Source: Dendrobates tinctorius
Lineage: Eukaryota
DNA length: 64,000 nt
NCBI RefSeq assembly: GCF_039654945.1
Contig: NW_027361685.1
Location: 4,650,001-4,714,000 of the forward strand
Direction of reading: 5' to 3'
In this document: positions 50,301 through 62,475 of the stretch, one piece after another
How positions within the stretch are numbered: position 1 is the stretch's first letter
Layout: every line of letters begins with the position of its first letter
Notes under the pieces: model-generated
Databases searched by the model: none
What the model was told of the DNA's origin: nothing
What the model saw: the letters and a program-made list of their open reading frames with translations, nothing else
Program-made: the position numbers and the translations under genes

Positions 50301-52040
50301 GTTTCTATCGATTAGGGCAGATAGAAATAGTATGAGAGGCGTCTCCACAGAAAAACCACAGCTTATTACGCCTTCTAAACTCCTGACGTTGCGCCCTAGA
50401 CAAAACCCTATCACATTGCATAGGTTCAGATGTTTGTTCAAAAGATGGCAACGCCTCTCGTGTAGTTTTAAGTTTACGTAAACACTTGAATGGCTAATGA
50501 CATAGAATCATCAAGACCAGAGGGAACAGGAAATCCCACATATCATGTCTTTTACAGTCTCTGATAAACCCTTCCGAAAGAGAGCTGCCAATGCACCATC
50601 ATTCCATGTAGTAAGGACCACCCACTTTCAGAATTTTTGACAGTATAACTCTGTAGAATCCTGACCCTGGTTTAATGCCAACAGGGTTTTGTCAGCTTGA
50701 TCAATAGCATTAGGTTCATTAAACAACAACCCCAAGGCTTGAAAAAATGCGTCCACATTAGTCAGAATAGTTTTTTCAGGTGTCAGAGAAAAAGCCCAAT
50801 CCTGAGGATTGCCGCGCAGCAAGGAGATGACAATTTTAACCTGCTGCACAGAACTCCCTGATAAGTTAGGCTTCCAGGCACAAAATAATTTACAATTATT
50901 CTTAAAATTCAAAAATTTAGCGAGATAGGCGGAAATTCCCTGCACTTCAGCAGCGAGCTTGCTCCACACGATCAGACAATTGCTTAATCTCCATTAGAGA
51001 AAAAAATCCTCCTACGGCCCCAAGAGAAAAAAAGGAAAAAATACATATAAAAAAAATTATGACACTTTTTTTAACAATTTTTTCCTGCTATGGAATACCC
51101 TAGAATCTGCGGTTTAGGCTGGTGATTCTGTTATGAATGGGTCACGGAGGAGGAAAACAAGACCAAGCCAAGTCACAGAAAACCAGAGAGGTTGGTAACT
51201 ACGCAGATTGCAGACCCATGAGCCTACCCACACAACTAACAGCAGCCGTGGAGCGTACCTACGATGATTCTAGACACCTCGTCACAGCCGGAGGACTAAA
51301 TAAGCCTAAAGCAAGAAAAGGGGAAATCTAAAACTGCCCCAGAGCAGACCCCAAAGGAATAGACAGCCCCTACACATGTATTGACGGTAAGACAAGATGA
51401 AAACACAAACACAGGTAGGAAAATAGGCTGAGCAAACTATGGGGCCCACACTAGCTAGAAAGGACAGGAAAGGAAAGATACTGTCTGCAATCACGCCAAA
51501 AACCCTGCAAAAATATCCAACACTTCTGATAGCCAAAAATACCCTGAAGTCACTAGACTTCTCCCACTATATCAGCACTCTGGCATATTCTGAGAACAGA
51601 GCAAAAATAGGCCAATCTAATAAGGGACAAAAAGCAAACTGGCACATACAATGACAAAAGAGTGGAAATTTAGCACAGCCCCAGCCGGGGCTGGCTGACC
51701 ACACAAAAAACTGAATAAACCAAACCAAATCAAATGTGAACATTAGCAAAGACAACTTAGCTTGAGAAGGCAGGAACTGAGCTGGAAACTAAGACCTCGG
51801 AGGCAGGAAAAAATCACCAGCATGGAAATAGGGAGTCGGCTGTCTTAAATCCAGTCTGAGACTCCAGATGTCAAATCCTCTTCCTCATTATCAGGTGGCA
51901 GGTCTCTGTTAATTAGATCAGCTTCACTACCTCCTGCCACCACCAGAGGGTTCACGGAAAGAGATCTCACAACTCCTCTGTCAGCACAACCAGCTCCCTC
52001 ACCAGAAACCAGAGGCAGACCAGAAAATGAGTTCACAACA
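44386..52040 (-). mobile_element. Full-length Gypsy chromovirus (decayed gag-pol). 5' LTR 51129-52040, 3' LTR 44386-47016
   Basis: Paired TGTTATGA..TCACAACA LTRs with CATGTG flanks and PPT AAAGGGGGGGTAC. gag (50628-50969), protease FVDSGA, RT GDEWKTAF..YLDDILIFS, RNase [11 protein letters not shown], integrase SMDFI..SDRG..TNGQTER, chromodomain YLVKWKGYG. Confidence 0.95.
44845..46560 (+). mobile_element. 5'-truncated L2 LINE inserted in the Gypsy 3' LTR
   Basis: [41 protein letters not shown] and LHWLP motifs. 3' end AAAGTGCTGCGGAATATGTCGGCGCTATAGAAATAAA plus (ATT)n. The LTR resumes after it. Confidence 0.92.
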
Positions 52041-52178
52041 CATGTGACTGATAGACATATGACTGTAATAGACATGGGACTGTAATAGACATGGGACTGT
52101 AATAGACATGGGACTGTAATGAGACATGTGACTGTAATAGACATGGGACTGTAATAGACTTGTGACTGTAGTGACATA

Positions 52179-53826
52179 CAGTCATATGTTAAAGTTTGGG
52201 CACCCCTATTAACGTTAACCTTTTTTCTTTATAACAATTTTGGTTTTTGCAACAGCTATTTCAGTTTCATATATCTAATAACTGATGGACTCAGTTATAT
52301 TTCTGGATTCAAATGAGATTTATTGTACTAACAGAAAATGTGCAATCTGCATTTTAACAAAATTTGACCGGTGCAAAAGTATGGGCACCTCAACATAAAA
52401 GTGACATTAATATTTCGTAGATCCTCCTTTTGCAAAAATAACAGCCTCTAGTCGCTTCCTGTAGCTATTAATGAGTTCCTGGATTCTGGATGAAGGTATT
52501 TGTGACTATTCCTGTTTAAAAAACAATTCCAGTTCAGTTAAGTTTGATGGTCGCCGAGCATGGACAGCCCGCTTCAAATCATCCCACAGATGTTCAATGA
52601 TATTCAGGTCTGGGGACTGGGATGGCCATTCCAGAACATTGTAATTGTTCCTCTGCATGAATGCCTGAGTAGATTTGGAGCGGTGTTTTGGATCATTGTC
52701 TTGCTGAAATATTCATCCCCTGCGTAACTTCAACTTCGTCACTGATTCTTGCACATTATTGTCAAGAATCTGCTGATACAGAGTTGAATCCATGCGACCC
52801 TCAACTTTAACAAGATTCCTGATGCCGGCATTGGCCACACAGCCTTAAAGCATGATGGAACCTCCACCAAATTTTACTGTGGGTAGCAAGTGTTTTTCTT
52901 GGAATGCTGTGTTTTTTAGCCTCCATGCATAACGCCTTTTTGTATGACCAAACAACTCAATCTTTGTTTCATCAGTCCACAGGACCTTCTTCCAAAATGT
53001 AACTGGCTTGTTCAAATGTGCTTTTGCAGACCTCAGGCGACTCTGTTTGTGGCGTGCTTGCAGAAACGGCTTCTTTCACATCACTCTCCCATGCAGCTTC
53101 TCCTTGTGCAAAGTGCGCTGTATTGCAGACCGATGCACAGTGACACCATTTGCAGCAAGATGAGGCTGCAGGTCTTTGGAGGTGGTCTGTGGATTGTCCT
53201 TGACTGTTCTCACCATTCTTCTTCTCTGCCTTTCTGATATTTTTCTTGGCCTGCCACTTCTGGGCTTAACAAGAACTGTACCTGTGTTCTTCCATTTCCT
53301 TACTATGTTCCTCACAGTGGAAACTGACAGGTTAAATCTCTGAGACAACTTTTTGTATCCTTCCCCTGAAAAGCTATGTTGAATAATCTTTGTTTTCAGA
53401 TCATTTGAGAGTTGTTTTGAGGAGCCCTTGATGCCACTCTTCATAGGAAATCAAATAGGAGAACTACTTGCAAGTGGCCACCTTAAATACCTTTTCTCAT
53501 GATTTGATACACCTGGCTATGAAGTTCAAAGCTCAATGAGGTTACAAAACCAATTTAGTGCTTCAGGAAGTCAGTAAAAAGTAGTTAGGAGTGTTCAAAT
53601 CAAGAAAATGATAAGGGTGCCCATACTTTTGCATCGGTCAAATTTTGTTTAAATGCAGATTGCACATTTTCTGTTAGTACAATAAACCTCATTTGAATCC
53701 AGAAATATAACAGAGTCCATCAGTTATTAGATATATGAAACTGAAATAGCTGTTGCAAAAACCAAAATTGTTATAAAGAAAAAAGGTTAACATTAATAGG
53801 GGTGCCCAAACTTTAACATATGACTG
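52179..53826 (-). mobile_element. Full-length Tc1 transposon (IR/DR type) with a decayed transposase at about 52407-53444
   Basis: TA TSD and about 210-bp TIRs CAGTCATATGTTAAAGTTTGGGCACC with inner direct repeats. ORF 53076-53444 encodes the paired-like domain. FQQDNDPKH and [11 protein letters not shown] are on the minus strand. Confidence 0.93.
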
Positions 53827-54500
53827 TATGTGACTGTAATAGACATGTGACTGTAATAGGCATGTGACTTTAATGAGACATGTGACTGTAATAGACATGT
53901 GACTGTAATAGGCATGTGACTGTAATGAGACATGTGACTGTAATGAGACATGTGACTGTAATAGACATGTGACTGTAATAAGACATGTGACTGATAGACA
54001 TGTGACTGTAATAGACATGGGACTGTAATGAGACATGTGACTGTAATAGACATGTGACTGTAATGAGACATGTGACTGTAATAGACATGTGACTGTAATA
54101 AGACATGTGACTGATAGACATGGGACTGTACTAGACATGGGACTGTAATGAGACATGTGACTGTAATGAGACATGGGGCTGTAATAGACATGTGACTGTA
54201 ATGAGACGTGACTGTAATAGACATGCGACTGTAATAGGCATGTGACTGTAATAGGCATGTGACTGTAATGAGACATGTGACTCTAATAGACAAGTGACTG
54301 TAATGAGATATGTGACTATAATAGACACGAGATTGTAATAGGCATGTGACTGAAATAGAAATGCGACTGTAATGAGACGTGACTATAATAGACATGTGAC
54401 TGTAATAGACACGTGACTGTATACACCCCTCCCTCTGTTCCTTTTCCTAGAGTTTTATATTGATACCATGTATGTTGATTATCTCATTGTTATGTATGGT

Positions 54501-54534
54501 CGTCCTGTGGAAGGAGTTGGTGAAACACGTAGAC
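54501..54534 (+). ncRNA. Degenerate minimal hammerhead-like motif in a Penelope-like fragment
   Basis: GTC-CTGTGGAAGGAG..GAAACACGTA-GAC followed by AATAAA. The core has a substitution and stem II is broken. Confidence 0.35.
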
Positions 54535-54751
54535 AAATAAACCTATATTTTTATCCTCACTACTGGCTTGTGGTGACTCCAGAGAGCGCAGAACAACTTC
54601 CTTTCCCGGCATCTATTTCTAACATCCCGAGGAAGCCGCAGCATCTGGATTCAGAGCTTTCTATGTGTTGTGTCTCACACATCCCTATTAGGTGAGCAGT
54701 CCTAACACTTCTTTACTAATTATTTACATTAGATAAGGCTCTCTTCTCCCA

Positions 54752-55243
54752 CTCAGGGAAGAGGGGGCGCTACTGTGCACCGTAGTACACCAACCCGACA
54801 AACAAGGCAGCACAAACAAGGGTAAATGGAATACTCCAGGCATATAAGATATTCACTCACATATAACAGAGGAATGAACCAGGGCGTGGAGGTAGGGGAA
54901 TAAACCAAAATAGAGAAGGATAGGGAACTACCACACATACCAACCAAGCGACAGTCACAGATAACTCTTCCAAATCTCCTTCTCATATGAACTCCTCTCC
55001 ATGCAGCAAATGGTAGTTCACACAAGGATTTGCAACAGGACCCAGATTATAAAGGGGAAGGGAGTGGCTAACGGAGCACAGCTGTGAGCACAGGGATTTC
55101 CAACAAGGCCGATTAACCCCTGTTCTGCCAGAAGGAATAAACACATTTAAAATGAAGCAGGAGTTCTTTTTCTCAGCGCCGGAGAAGGAGCAATCAGACA
55201 CTGCAGTCTTCTGGCTCCGCACTGTTGCGGTAACCCCGTGACA
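54752..55243. mobile_element. LTR-like fragment (Gypsy type)
   Basis: Ends in CGTGACA and contains TTATAAAGGGG. It truncates the adjacent Sola2 frame. No partner LTR was seen. Confidence 0.4.
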
Positions 55244-56780
55244 GTATGTCCGGCTGTTATGGGGTTTGGCTCCACTTGAATTATACCTGATTTTTTTTAC
55301 TTTTAAAATATCTGGTTTTCTTGGATACACAAAAGGCGATGATGGAAGGTGCAGAAAAGTCACTTCTACTTCTTCATTAATCTTTGGAGAGTCCGTCAGC
55401 TGCCAGCGGTGTCGATCATATTCACATATCACATCACCAGTTACGTCATGAATTGCCAATCTTGTGCCACCTTCAATCCCTTCATGGACGTCACTGTTGA
55501 ATGATAAATTCATTGTTATTTTTTCTTTTTCACTTACCTGCGATGACAGTCCAGTATTGCTGGGTCTCTCTGATGGGCTCTGCTTACAGAAATCAATGTT
55601 TTACAAACTCTCCTCGTCTTCACAGTCCTGGTTTGTACACTACATGATCTGGATGTTAGGAATAATTTTCTCCCTCCGGTTGAAAAGTTGCAGAGGAGAT
55701 AAGATTTGGTCTGAATATGTCCTCTGGAGGCTAGCCCGAGCTACAAAATGTTTCACGGGGCATCCTAAATCATCACATCCACATTTGTCATGACCTGTGG
55801 CGAAAAAGGCCATTCAGCTTCCACTCCAAAATCTTTCTTGTGATGCCGGCATTTATAAAGTTTTTCTTATGTTTGTACTGTGCAGAAGAGGCATTCGGGA
55901 GGTAGTAGACCTTGCTCAAACTTGGCAGGATGTCAGTTTTTATCACTGAAATCATTTTTGGGGTGTCAGCGTCGGGATTTTTTTCTAGTCACCAACCTCG
56001 GGTAAAGCTCACTTAGAGCTTCTCTTACCTAGGATCCTAGGAGTGGAGAAATAAAAAGAGAAAAAGAGAGACACAGGTTGCTTGTCTTTCAAGTTAATCT
56101 CCTTTATTGGGAGGGTCAGGGTAGATCTTTTATAGTGAGCCAGAAAGAGGAAATGAACAAATATGGACAATTCCGTATTATTGTGTAACAATTAACAAAA
56201 TGGAGGATATCTTGGCAAAGAAAGTTAGTTATATAACGGCATGTCAACTATATGATGAGTTATGAGATATCACTAAATTGGATGACAGGGATATGGAGGG
56301 GTTTTGGCATTTCCCTTGTATTAATTTAACAATTCGTGGAACAGTATCCTGTTGATGTGCTTTGCCAGGAAATAGATTTGGCCTCAACATATTTAGACAT
56401 TTATTTGGAACTGACCATTGGCAGAATTATCTAACCACGTAGACAGATGATAGCAATTAAAATGGTGTCATGGGTTACAAGTTGTTTTTCAGTTATTTTT
56501 CTAGAGTTTAGAGAACTAGGATTAACCCTTTCTTTGACAACTCCCCTCTTTTATTATCGGTCTACCTGTCTCTGTCTGTCCTTGCCTTCATCCGAGGCCT
56601 GCAAGATAACCCTACTTCACAAAATACACAGCTTGTCCTATGTATATCAAACTTGGCAGGATGTCAGTTTTTATCACTGAAATCATTTGTTGGGGGAACA
56701 GATGAACAGCTATGAATCATAAAGTAAGCACTCAGATACTATAAGTGCACTGTTGTATTTTATTTCTGACTGTAAGCAGA
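55244..56780 (-). pseudogene. Sola2-type DNA transposase relic, split by an insertion at 55959-56646
   Basis: Manual minus-strand translation across frameshifts: SALIVSECLLYD..AVHLF..MISVIKTDILPSLSKVYYLPNASSAQYKHKKNFIN..HHKKDFGVEAEW.FFATGHDKCGCDDLGCPVKHFVARASLQRTYSDQILSPLQLF..VICEYDRHRW..EVEVTFLH..FVYPRKPDIL..SRTY. Confidence 0.72.
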
Positions 56781-56789
56781 GCCGGCTTA

Positions 56790-57225
56790 TTAGTATTCAG
56801 CTAAGCAGACAACAGCCTGGACGCTGCTCTCATCACACAGGACGCTGGGGGAGACATTACACAAGAGAGACATTCCAGGGACCAGCCCATGAAAGGAACG
56901 TGACTGATAATGCTTCGTTTCAGGGGGGAAAACTAAGTAAGCGGAGTGTTGGGATGTCCCAGCCCCCTTCAATGATGCTACATTTCAGGGTAGAAAGGGG
57001 AGTGACAGCAGTGTCAGCCAGCAGATGATGAATTGGTTGAATATCCCATCATGCACTGAGGATTCTCATATGAATCATCACAGGAGGCGGGTAATATAAG
57101 CAGAACCCGAAGTTCAGTACAGAGTGAATGGTGTGGAATCAAGAAATGACTTGAATTACAAAAGTTATTAGTTTTGAAAGATTTATTAATTGAAGTTTAC
57201 TTTTTGGTTTTGGACTAACCTTTTA
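56790..57225. mobile_element. Kolobok/T2-like MITE fragment (right end)
   Basis: Ends GGACTAACCTT|TTAA. The left end was not seen. Confidence 0.35.
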
Positions 57226-58166
57226 AGGACTAACAGCTGGTCACAAATACGTTCTACAGAGGCGTGATCTGGCTCTTGTTGTGTGGGGAAGTAGGGGTCT
57301 GGAGCTCCCACAGGACTTCCCTGAAGGGCAACAAAAAAGCAGACTTTGAGGTTCCACTTCATCTTCTTTCACTGAGGGATTATTGCCACTTATCCCATGA
57401 TCATTTTGAGACCTTAATCAGACCTGTGGGATCAAGCAACGCAGAGATACCCACGACAGAATCTAATCGGACTGCACTGCTGCTTCCCTGCCCGGCATAT
57501 CTGCCGGGATGTCTTCATACAGCTAAAGCCAGGAAGAGCATTCTCCCCTCTCCTCATATGAGGGTCTGTACTTGCTCTTATACAACACAGAACTGAGCTT
57601 TACCTCTCTGTAATCACCGAACTTTCCAAGGCTGATGTTACGAAGTTGATCTTAAGTACACACTGCTGGCTGAGGTGAGACACTTATCCTTTGGATAGCT
57701 GAGCTATAAGGGGAAAGAGCGATCATTATAAGGGAGGGAAATCCTAATCTGGGGTGATAATGTCAGCTACCCTCCCTGGGAAGGGTTTTGTCCCCCTCTC
57801 CCTGGACAGCAAACAGAGGAAAGTGTCCTGTATTGAAGAGCCTGCATCTTCCTGCTGCCATAAAATTGTACAATACTTCGCTGCTCTACTGCAAATGTCT
57901 ACCCCCTCTTGTGATCCACGAGGTCACTCACAGCCTGACAAATTTGAATCTTGCTGCAGTTTGTTTTCCACCTAACAGAAACAGACCACTTTGATTGTGT
58001 GGCTTCCGAGTCGTGCGTCGGTCATGTGAAAGTTGTGTAGTTGGTGTCCCTTGCCCTCCGTTAACCCTGTGGAAACATCTGCATCTTGCTTTCCTTGCAA
58101 ATACGACCTTGTGACCTGCTTAGAATTAAAGACGTGCAATAATCTGCATTTACAACATATCTTTAT

Positions 58167-59078
58167 ATGGACCGATACCTTTTGCACAGCAGGCAGAAAC
58201 AGCGCCAGCCTTCTGGGGAGTCCGCTAACATGACTTCTTCCAATATGACCTCTGTCAGGGAAGCTGTGATGCCCGTTTCCACCTCTTTGCCATCACCTGG
58301 TAACTCAGACTTGCAAATAAATATCCCCTCTATAGTTGATAACATTATGGCTAAAATTCTGCCTGAAATCAAATCTACTATTGAAGATTCATTAAATTCC
58401 ACCTTAAAGGGAATGCAAGACAGACAGGACGAACAAGCCGAAAGTATCTCTGAAATAGGAAAAAGACTGTCAAATCTTGAAGATGACACCTATAGTGACC
58501 ATAATAAGCTCTTGGCGCTTGCAAAAGAAAACACCTTACTATGGGATAGAATTGATGACCTGGAAAAACGTTCCCAATGTAATAATTTGCGCTTGGTGGG
58601 CCTGCCAGAATCTTTTCTACCTAAGGATCTAAAGCCAATCTGTGAAATTGATCTTCCCAAGGCCTTGCATCTTTCCACGGGACAAAAAGTGGAGAGGGCC
58701 CACAGAGTAGCGCCTATGGCACCCTCGACTACATCTGAGGGAAGGGCCCCGAAGTGCCCACGCCGGACGATCATGCGCTTTTTGGATTACAATGACAAAA
58801 TTGATATATTGCAAGCATACCAGAGATGCAACCAACCTTTGATGATCTGTGGCCACAAAACTCTCATCTTTGATGATTTCTCAGCTGAAGTTATAAGGAG
58901 GCGCAAGGCTTTTAGCCCTATCTGTACGAAATTGTACAAGGAAGGCATCCGATATCAACTTGAATACCCTGCAATGTTGTTGGGCAGAGAGAGATTGGGA
59001 TTATCTCACACTTTTGTCTCCCCTGACAAAGCAGAAGCTTTTACTAGAGAGCTGTTCAAATTAAAAAAACCTCCCTAA
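58167..59078 (+). CDS. L1 LINE ORF1p (coiled coil plus RRM/CTD), uninterrupted 303 aa
   Basis: RIDDLEKRSQCNNLRLVGLPE, VERAHR, RTIMRFLDY and IFDDFSAEVIRRRKAF..YPA motifs. Confidence 0.85.
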   Translation: MDRYLLHSRQKQRQPSGESANMTSSNMTSVREAVMPVSTSLPSPGNSDLQINIPSIVDNIMAKILPEIKSTIEDSLNSTLKGMQDRQDEQAESISEIGKRLSNLEDDTYSDHNKLLALAKENTLLWDRIDDLEKRSQCNNLRLVGLPESFLPKDLKPICEIDLPKALHLSTGQKVERAHRVAPMAPSTTSEGRAPKCPRRTIMRFLDYNDKIDILQAYQRCNQPLMICGHKTLIFDDFSAEVIRRRKAFSPICTKLYKEGIRYQLEYPAMLLGRERLGLSHTFVSPDKAEAFTRELFKLKKPP

Positions 59079-59561
59079 GAACAACCACTCCCTGAGAAGC
59101 TCTGAAGCTCGCCAGTCACCGAGGAATTCTGAGGACATTAGAGGAAGTGAGATCCCGTGAAAATGGATGATTCATCCCTGACTGATGTGGATCTTTTGAT
59201 TTTAGTTAAGCCTATTTTGATATGACGGAGGGTTAGAGGGACCCTTGTCTCACAGGGTCGGGTAGAAGTGTAGTCCATTTGTTAAATGTTTTCCATTTCT
59301 CCAGTTGGTGAATGCTATTTTATTCATTGACGCTTGGATGAAATGTTTGTGGTGAGACTGCGATCTTATCTCATAGAACAGTTTGCTGTAATTCCTTGTT
59401 TAGTGTCTTTTCCACTGCAGCTAATGTTGTTTCCTATTGAATTTCACTCTGATGTTCGTTTTTTCCCCACTGTCCTTCCCCTTCTCCTGCCTCTACCCCA
59501 CCTGCCTCAATCTGTTTAAGTTACAAGCTTAATTCACAGACCTACATATTATACATTTAAC

Positions 59562-60860
59562 ATGAGAATAATTTGCTAGAATGTTAAAGGCCTGCGCTCC
59601 CCACAAAAATGAATGATGGTCCTTAGACATCTAAAATGACTTAAACCTGATGTAGCTCTCCTTCAGGAGACTCATTTGCGTGAGGCTGACTATCAGAATG
59701 CGAAGGTTCTGGGTGGGGAGTGTATATGGGTCTCCATCGCTGCAGGGCTGGTGCGCTGACTCATATTAGCAAACACTTTACCCACCACCTGATCTCTCAC
59801 CAAACTGATGAAGAGGGAAGACTATCGCACTTAACTTTGTCGACGCAACTAGGTGACATCTTCATTTTTAATGTGTATGGCCCAAATGAGAGCAATAAGC
59901 CTTTCTTTAAATATTTGGAGAATACAATTAATGCAGACCAGAATCTTAACCAAATAGTAGGGGGTGATTTCAATTCGGTGATATCTACCTTGGAAGATAG
60001 AAAGCATGAGACTCCATCCAGTAGCTCTGAGTCTTCAAGAGGCAGGGTAATGGCCCCTCTCTTGACACAGTGTTCTCTAAAAGATGCTTTTAGATTCTTA
60101 CATCCTGATGGCACGGAATACACATTCTTTTCTCACGCTAAAAACTCATGATCCCGGATTGATTACTTCCTGACTTCCCTCCCCCTGATTCCCAAACTAA
60201 TAGATGCAACAATTGGAGATTTGATCCTCTCGGACCACTCCCTATGCTGTTAGACCTGAGGGAGACCTATCAGAAGGGTACTGATTTCCTCTGGAGATTC
60301 CCTAACTTTTTGTACGCAGGTGACTCCTTTACCTTCTCCCTCAGGATGTGGTGGCAGGAATTTTTAACCGACAAGGAGCTACATCAAAATGAGCCTTCAC
60401 TCCTGTGGGAGAGAGCGAAGGCTGTACTCAGAGGGAAAATTATGTCACCTACGTGTGCACCTTGAAAAAGCGTACATTACAGAGGTACGGGGAGTTAACA
60501 GAGGAGCTCAGAAAGGCTTACACTAACTTCCTCGCAGATTCATCCCCTGCTAACAGAGAGCACTGGCTACAAAAACAGGCAGACTTTAATCTTCAAGCAG
60601 AAAGGAGAGAAAAGCGTTTTTTGACACAAAGGGAGATATATTTTTATAGATATGGGAACAAAGCCAGCAGAATCCTGGCTAATCTGGCCAGGGGTATCAG
60701 ACCCCAACAGGGGATTTACCAGCTCAAGGACCCCTCGTGATTAATTCAATCTAACCCCCAGGCGATAAACCAAATTTTGGGAGCATACTATGGAGAACTA
60801 TATAGTGAACCTATCACGCCAAAAATGACCCACCCGGCCTTACTAAACAAGGTGACCATG
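59562..60860 (+). pseudogene. L1 ORF2 fragment (APE endonuclease and linker, no RT)
   Basis: MRIIC*NVKGLRSPQK, LQETH, NVYGPN, GGDFNSV, YTFFSH, SRIDYFL, SDH, WRFP, KAVLRGK and YGNKASRILA motifs, with several stops and frameshifts. Confidence 0.85.
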
Positions 60861-61862
60861 AGGGCAGATGTTTGCCTGTTTTTTGAGATCATTTTGGTTG
60901 ATTTTTGCTCTTGTTCTGCCAGACCCATAGAGCAACCTATGATATGTTACACATTTTACAAGGGCCTATCCTTTTCATTTCTTTCCTTCACTATATTGTT
61001 TTCCCACCTATATTGATAGGGTTACATCAGGGGAGAGAGGGACAGTCCACGTTGAGTGGGGGCGCCAAACTATTGTTTCTTGGGGTGCCTACCTCCACAG
61101 CAAGGAAGGAGTAAGACTAGGTTTATTGTAGGGTTTTGGCAGGCAGGTGTTTCGGTCATTTATGGCTTTTGCATCTTTTGGCGTATGTGCCTTTCTACAC
61201 TGCGTTAGGTGTTTTTTAAAGGAAAAATTAAAGGAGAGTACTGGTGTGAGGTTGATACTGGTTGGAGGGGAGGCGAGATAGGCCGCTGGGTTGGCTGAGT
61301 GAGGCGGCTTGGGGGAGGTTCCCCCCTTTCCTTCCCGATCCCTTTCTGTTTTTGTTGTTTGTTTATGATACTGTTGTTAGTGCTGTTAACACTGTTACAT
61401 GGGAAGCAACGTATTACAAGGTCATCTCTTCTACTTCTAGAGAGAGACATTCTTAATCTAGGCCTTCAGCCTATAAATACTGTGACAGTAGTAAATGTAA
61501 TACATGGTCGTCATGAATAATGCTTTCTATGTTACCACCCTTTGTTGTTACCGAAAAGGTTTCAATAAAAATTAATATTAAAAAAACGCTCATCTGCTCG
61601 GCTTTGTTTTATTGTTTTATTGAAGCAATGTTTAAATTTTGGAATATTGGGTATATTTTGATATTCCAATTTATTGATCCACTACATGTGTTTGCATATA
61701 ATTAATTCTAGTGATGTCACTGCGGGGGGAGTGTGTTAATGTTTGTAACATGCGAGGAACAGGTTACTATTGGGATTTGAGCTTCCTGGGTCGTCTTGCA
61801 TGCACTGATATTTTGAGGTCTAACCACAGATTTACAATGATGTTCACATCAGGGGACTGTGA

Positions 61863-62475
61863 GGCTGAGTTCACACGTAGCGTTTTTTTCACGTATTCGC
61901 GGTGGTTTTAAACGCGTGATTTTGCCGCGAAAACGCGAAAAATAAGCATCCCATGCATTCCTATGGGATTCCGCAATGCTGTGCTAATGCTGCGGTTTTT
62001 ACCGCGGCGGAATCGCTTTGCGGTAAAAGACGCAGCATGCTCATTAATTTAGCGGATTTGCGGCGATCCCGCACCCATAGGAATGCATTGTTCTGCTTAC
62101 TTCCCGCATGCGGCTGTGCACACCATGCGAAAAGTAAGCAGAACATTTGCGGATGGTACCCACGGTCCAGAGAAGAGGAGACTGTCCTCCAGGCTCTGGG
62201 TACCATATCCCTGTAAAAAATAGAATTAAAATAAAAAATATTGTTATTCTCACCTTCCGGCGTCCCGCGCAGCCTTCCCGCCCCTCTCCATGCTCCCGGT
62301 CCCAGTAATCCTTTGCGAGAATGACCGCGATGGCGTCCGTTCTCGCGGGATCGCGACAGGTCGCTTGGAAAATGCTAGCATTCTGCAAGCTAATTACACT
62401 TGCAAAATTCCCGCAGAATGGAATCCGGAATTCTCGCGGTAATTTCCGCGAGAGTTCCGCTACGTGAACATAGCC
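61863..62475. mobile_element. PIF/Harbinger-type MITE, same family as 19793-20722, inverted and internally deleted
   Basis: TGA TSD and GGCTGAGTTCACACGTAG..CTACGTGAACATAGCC termini. Reverse-complement match to the intron-3 copy. Confidence 0.88.

Larger units (their letters stand above)
43092..54420. repeat. 17-18-bp minisatellite (TAGACATGTGACTGTAA)n, broken into 43092-43659, 44307-44385, 52041-52178 and 53827-54420 by insertions
   Basis: The same unit resumes on each side of three insertions. Confidence 0.9.
57850..61587 (+). mobile_element. L1 element, internally deleted (5' UTR, ORF1, EN, 3' UTR-like tail)
   Basis: ORF1 and ORF2 in L1 order, then a T/G-rich region ending in AATAAA (61564) and an A-rich tail. 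The 5' boundary is approximate. Confidence 0.7.

Noticed and set aside
53689-54395. ORFs of about 200 aa rich in SH/VTCL
   Set aside because: Translations of the 17-bp minisatellite.
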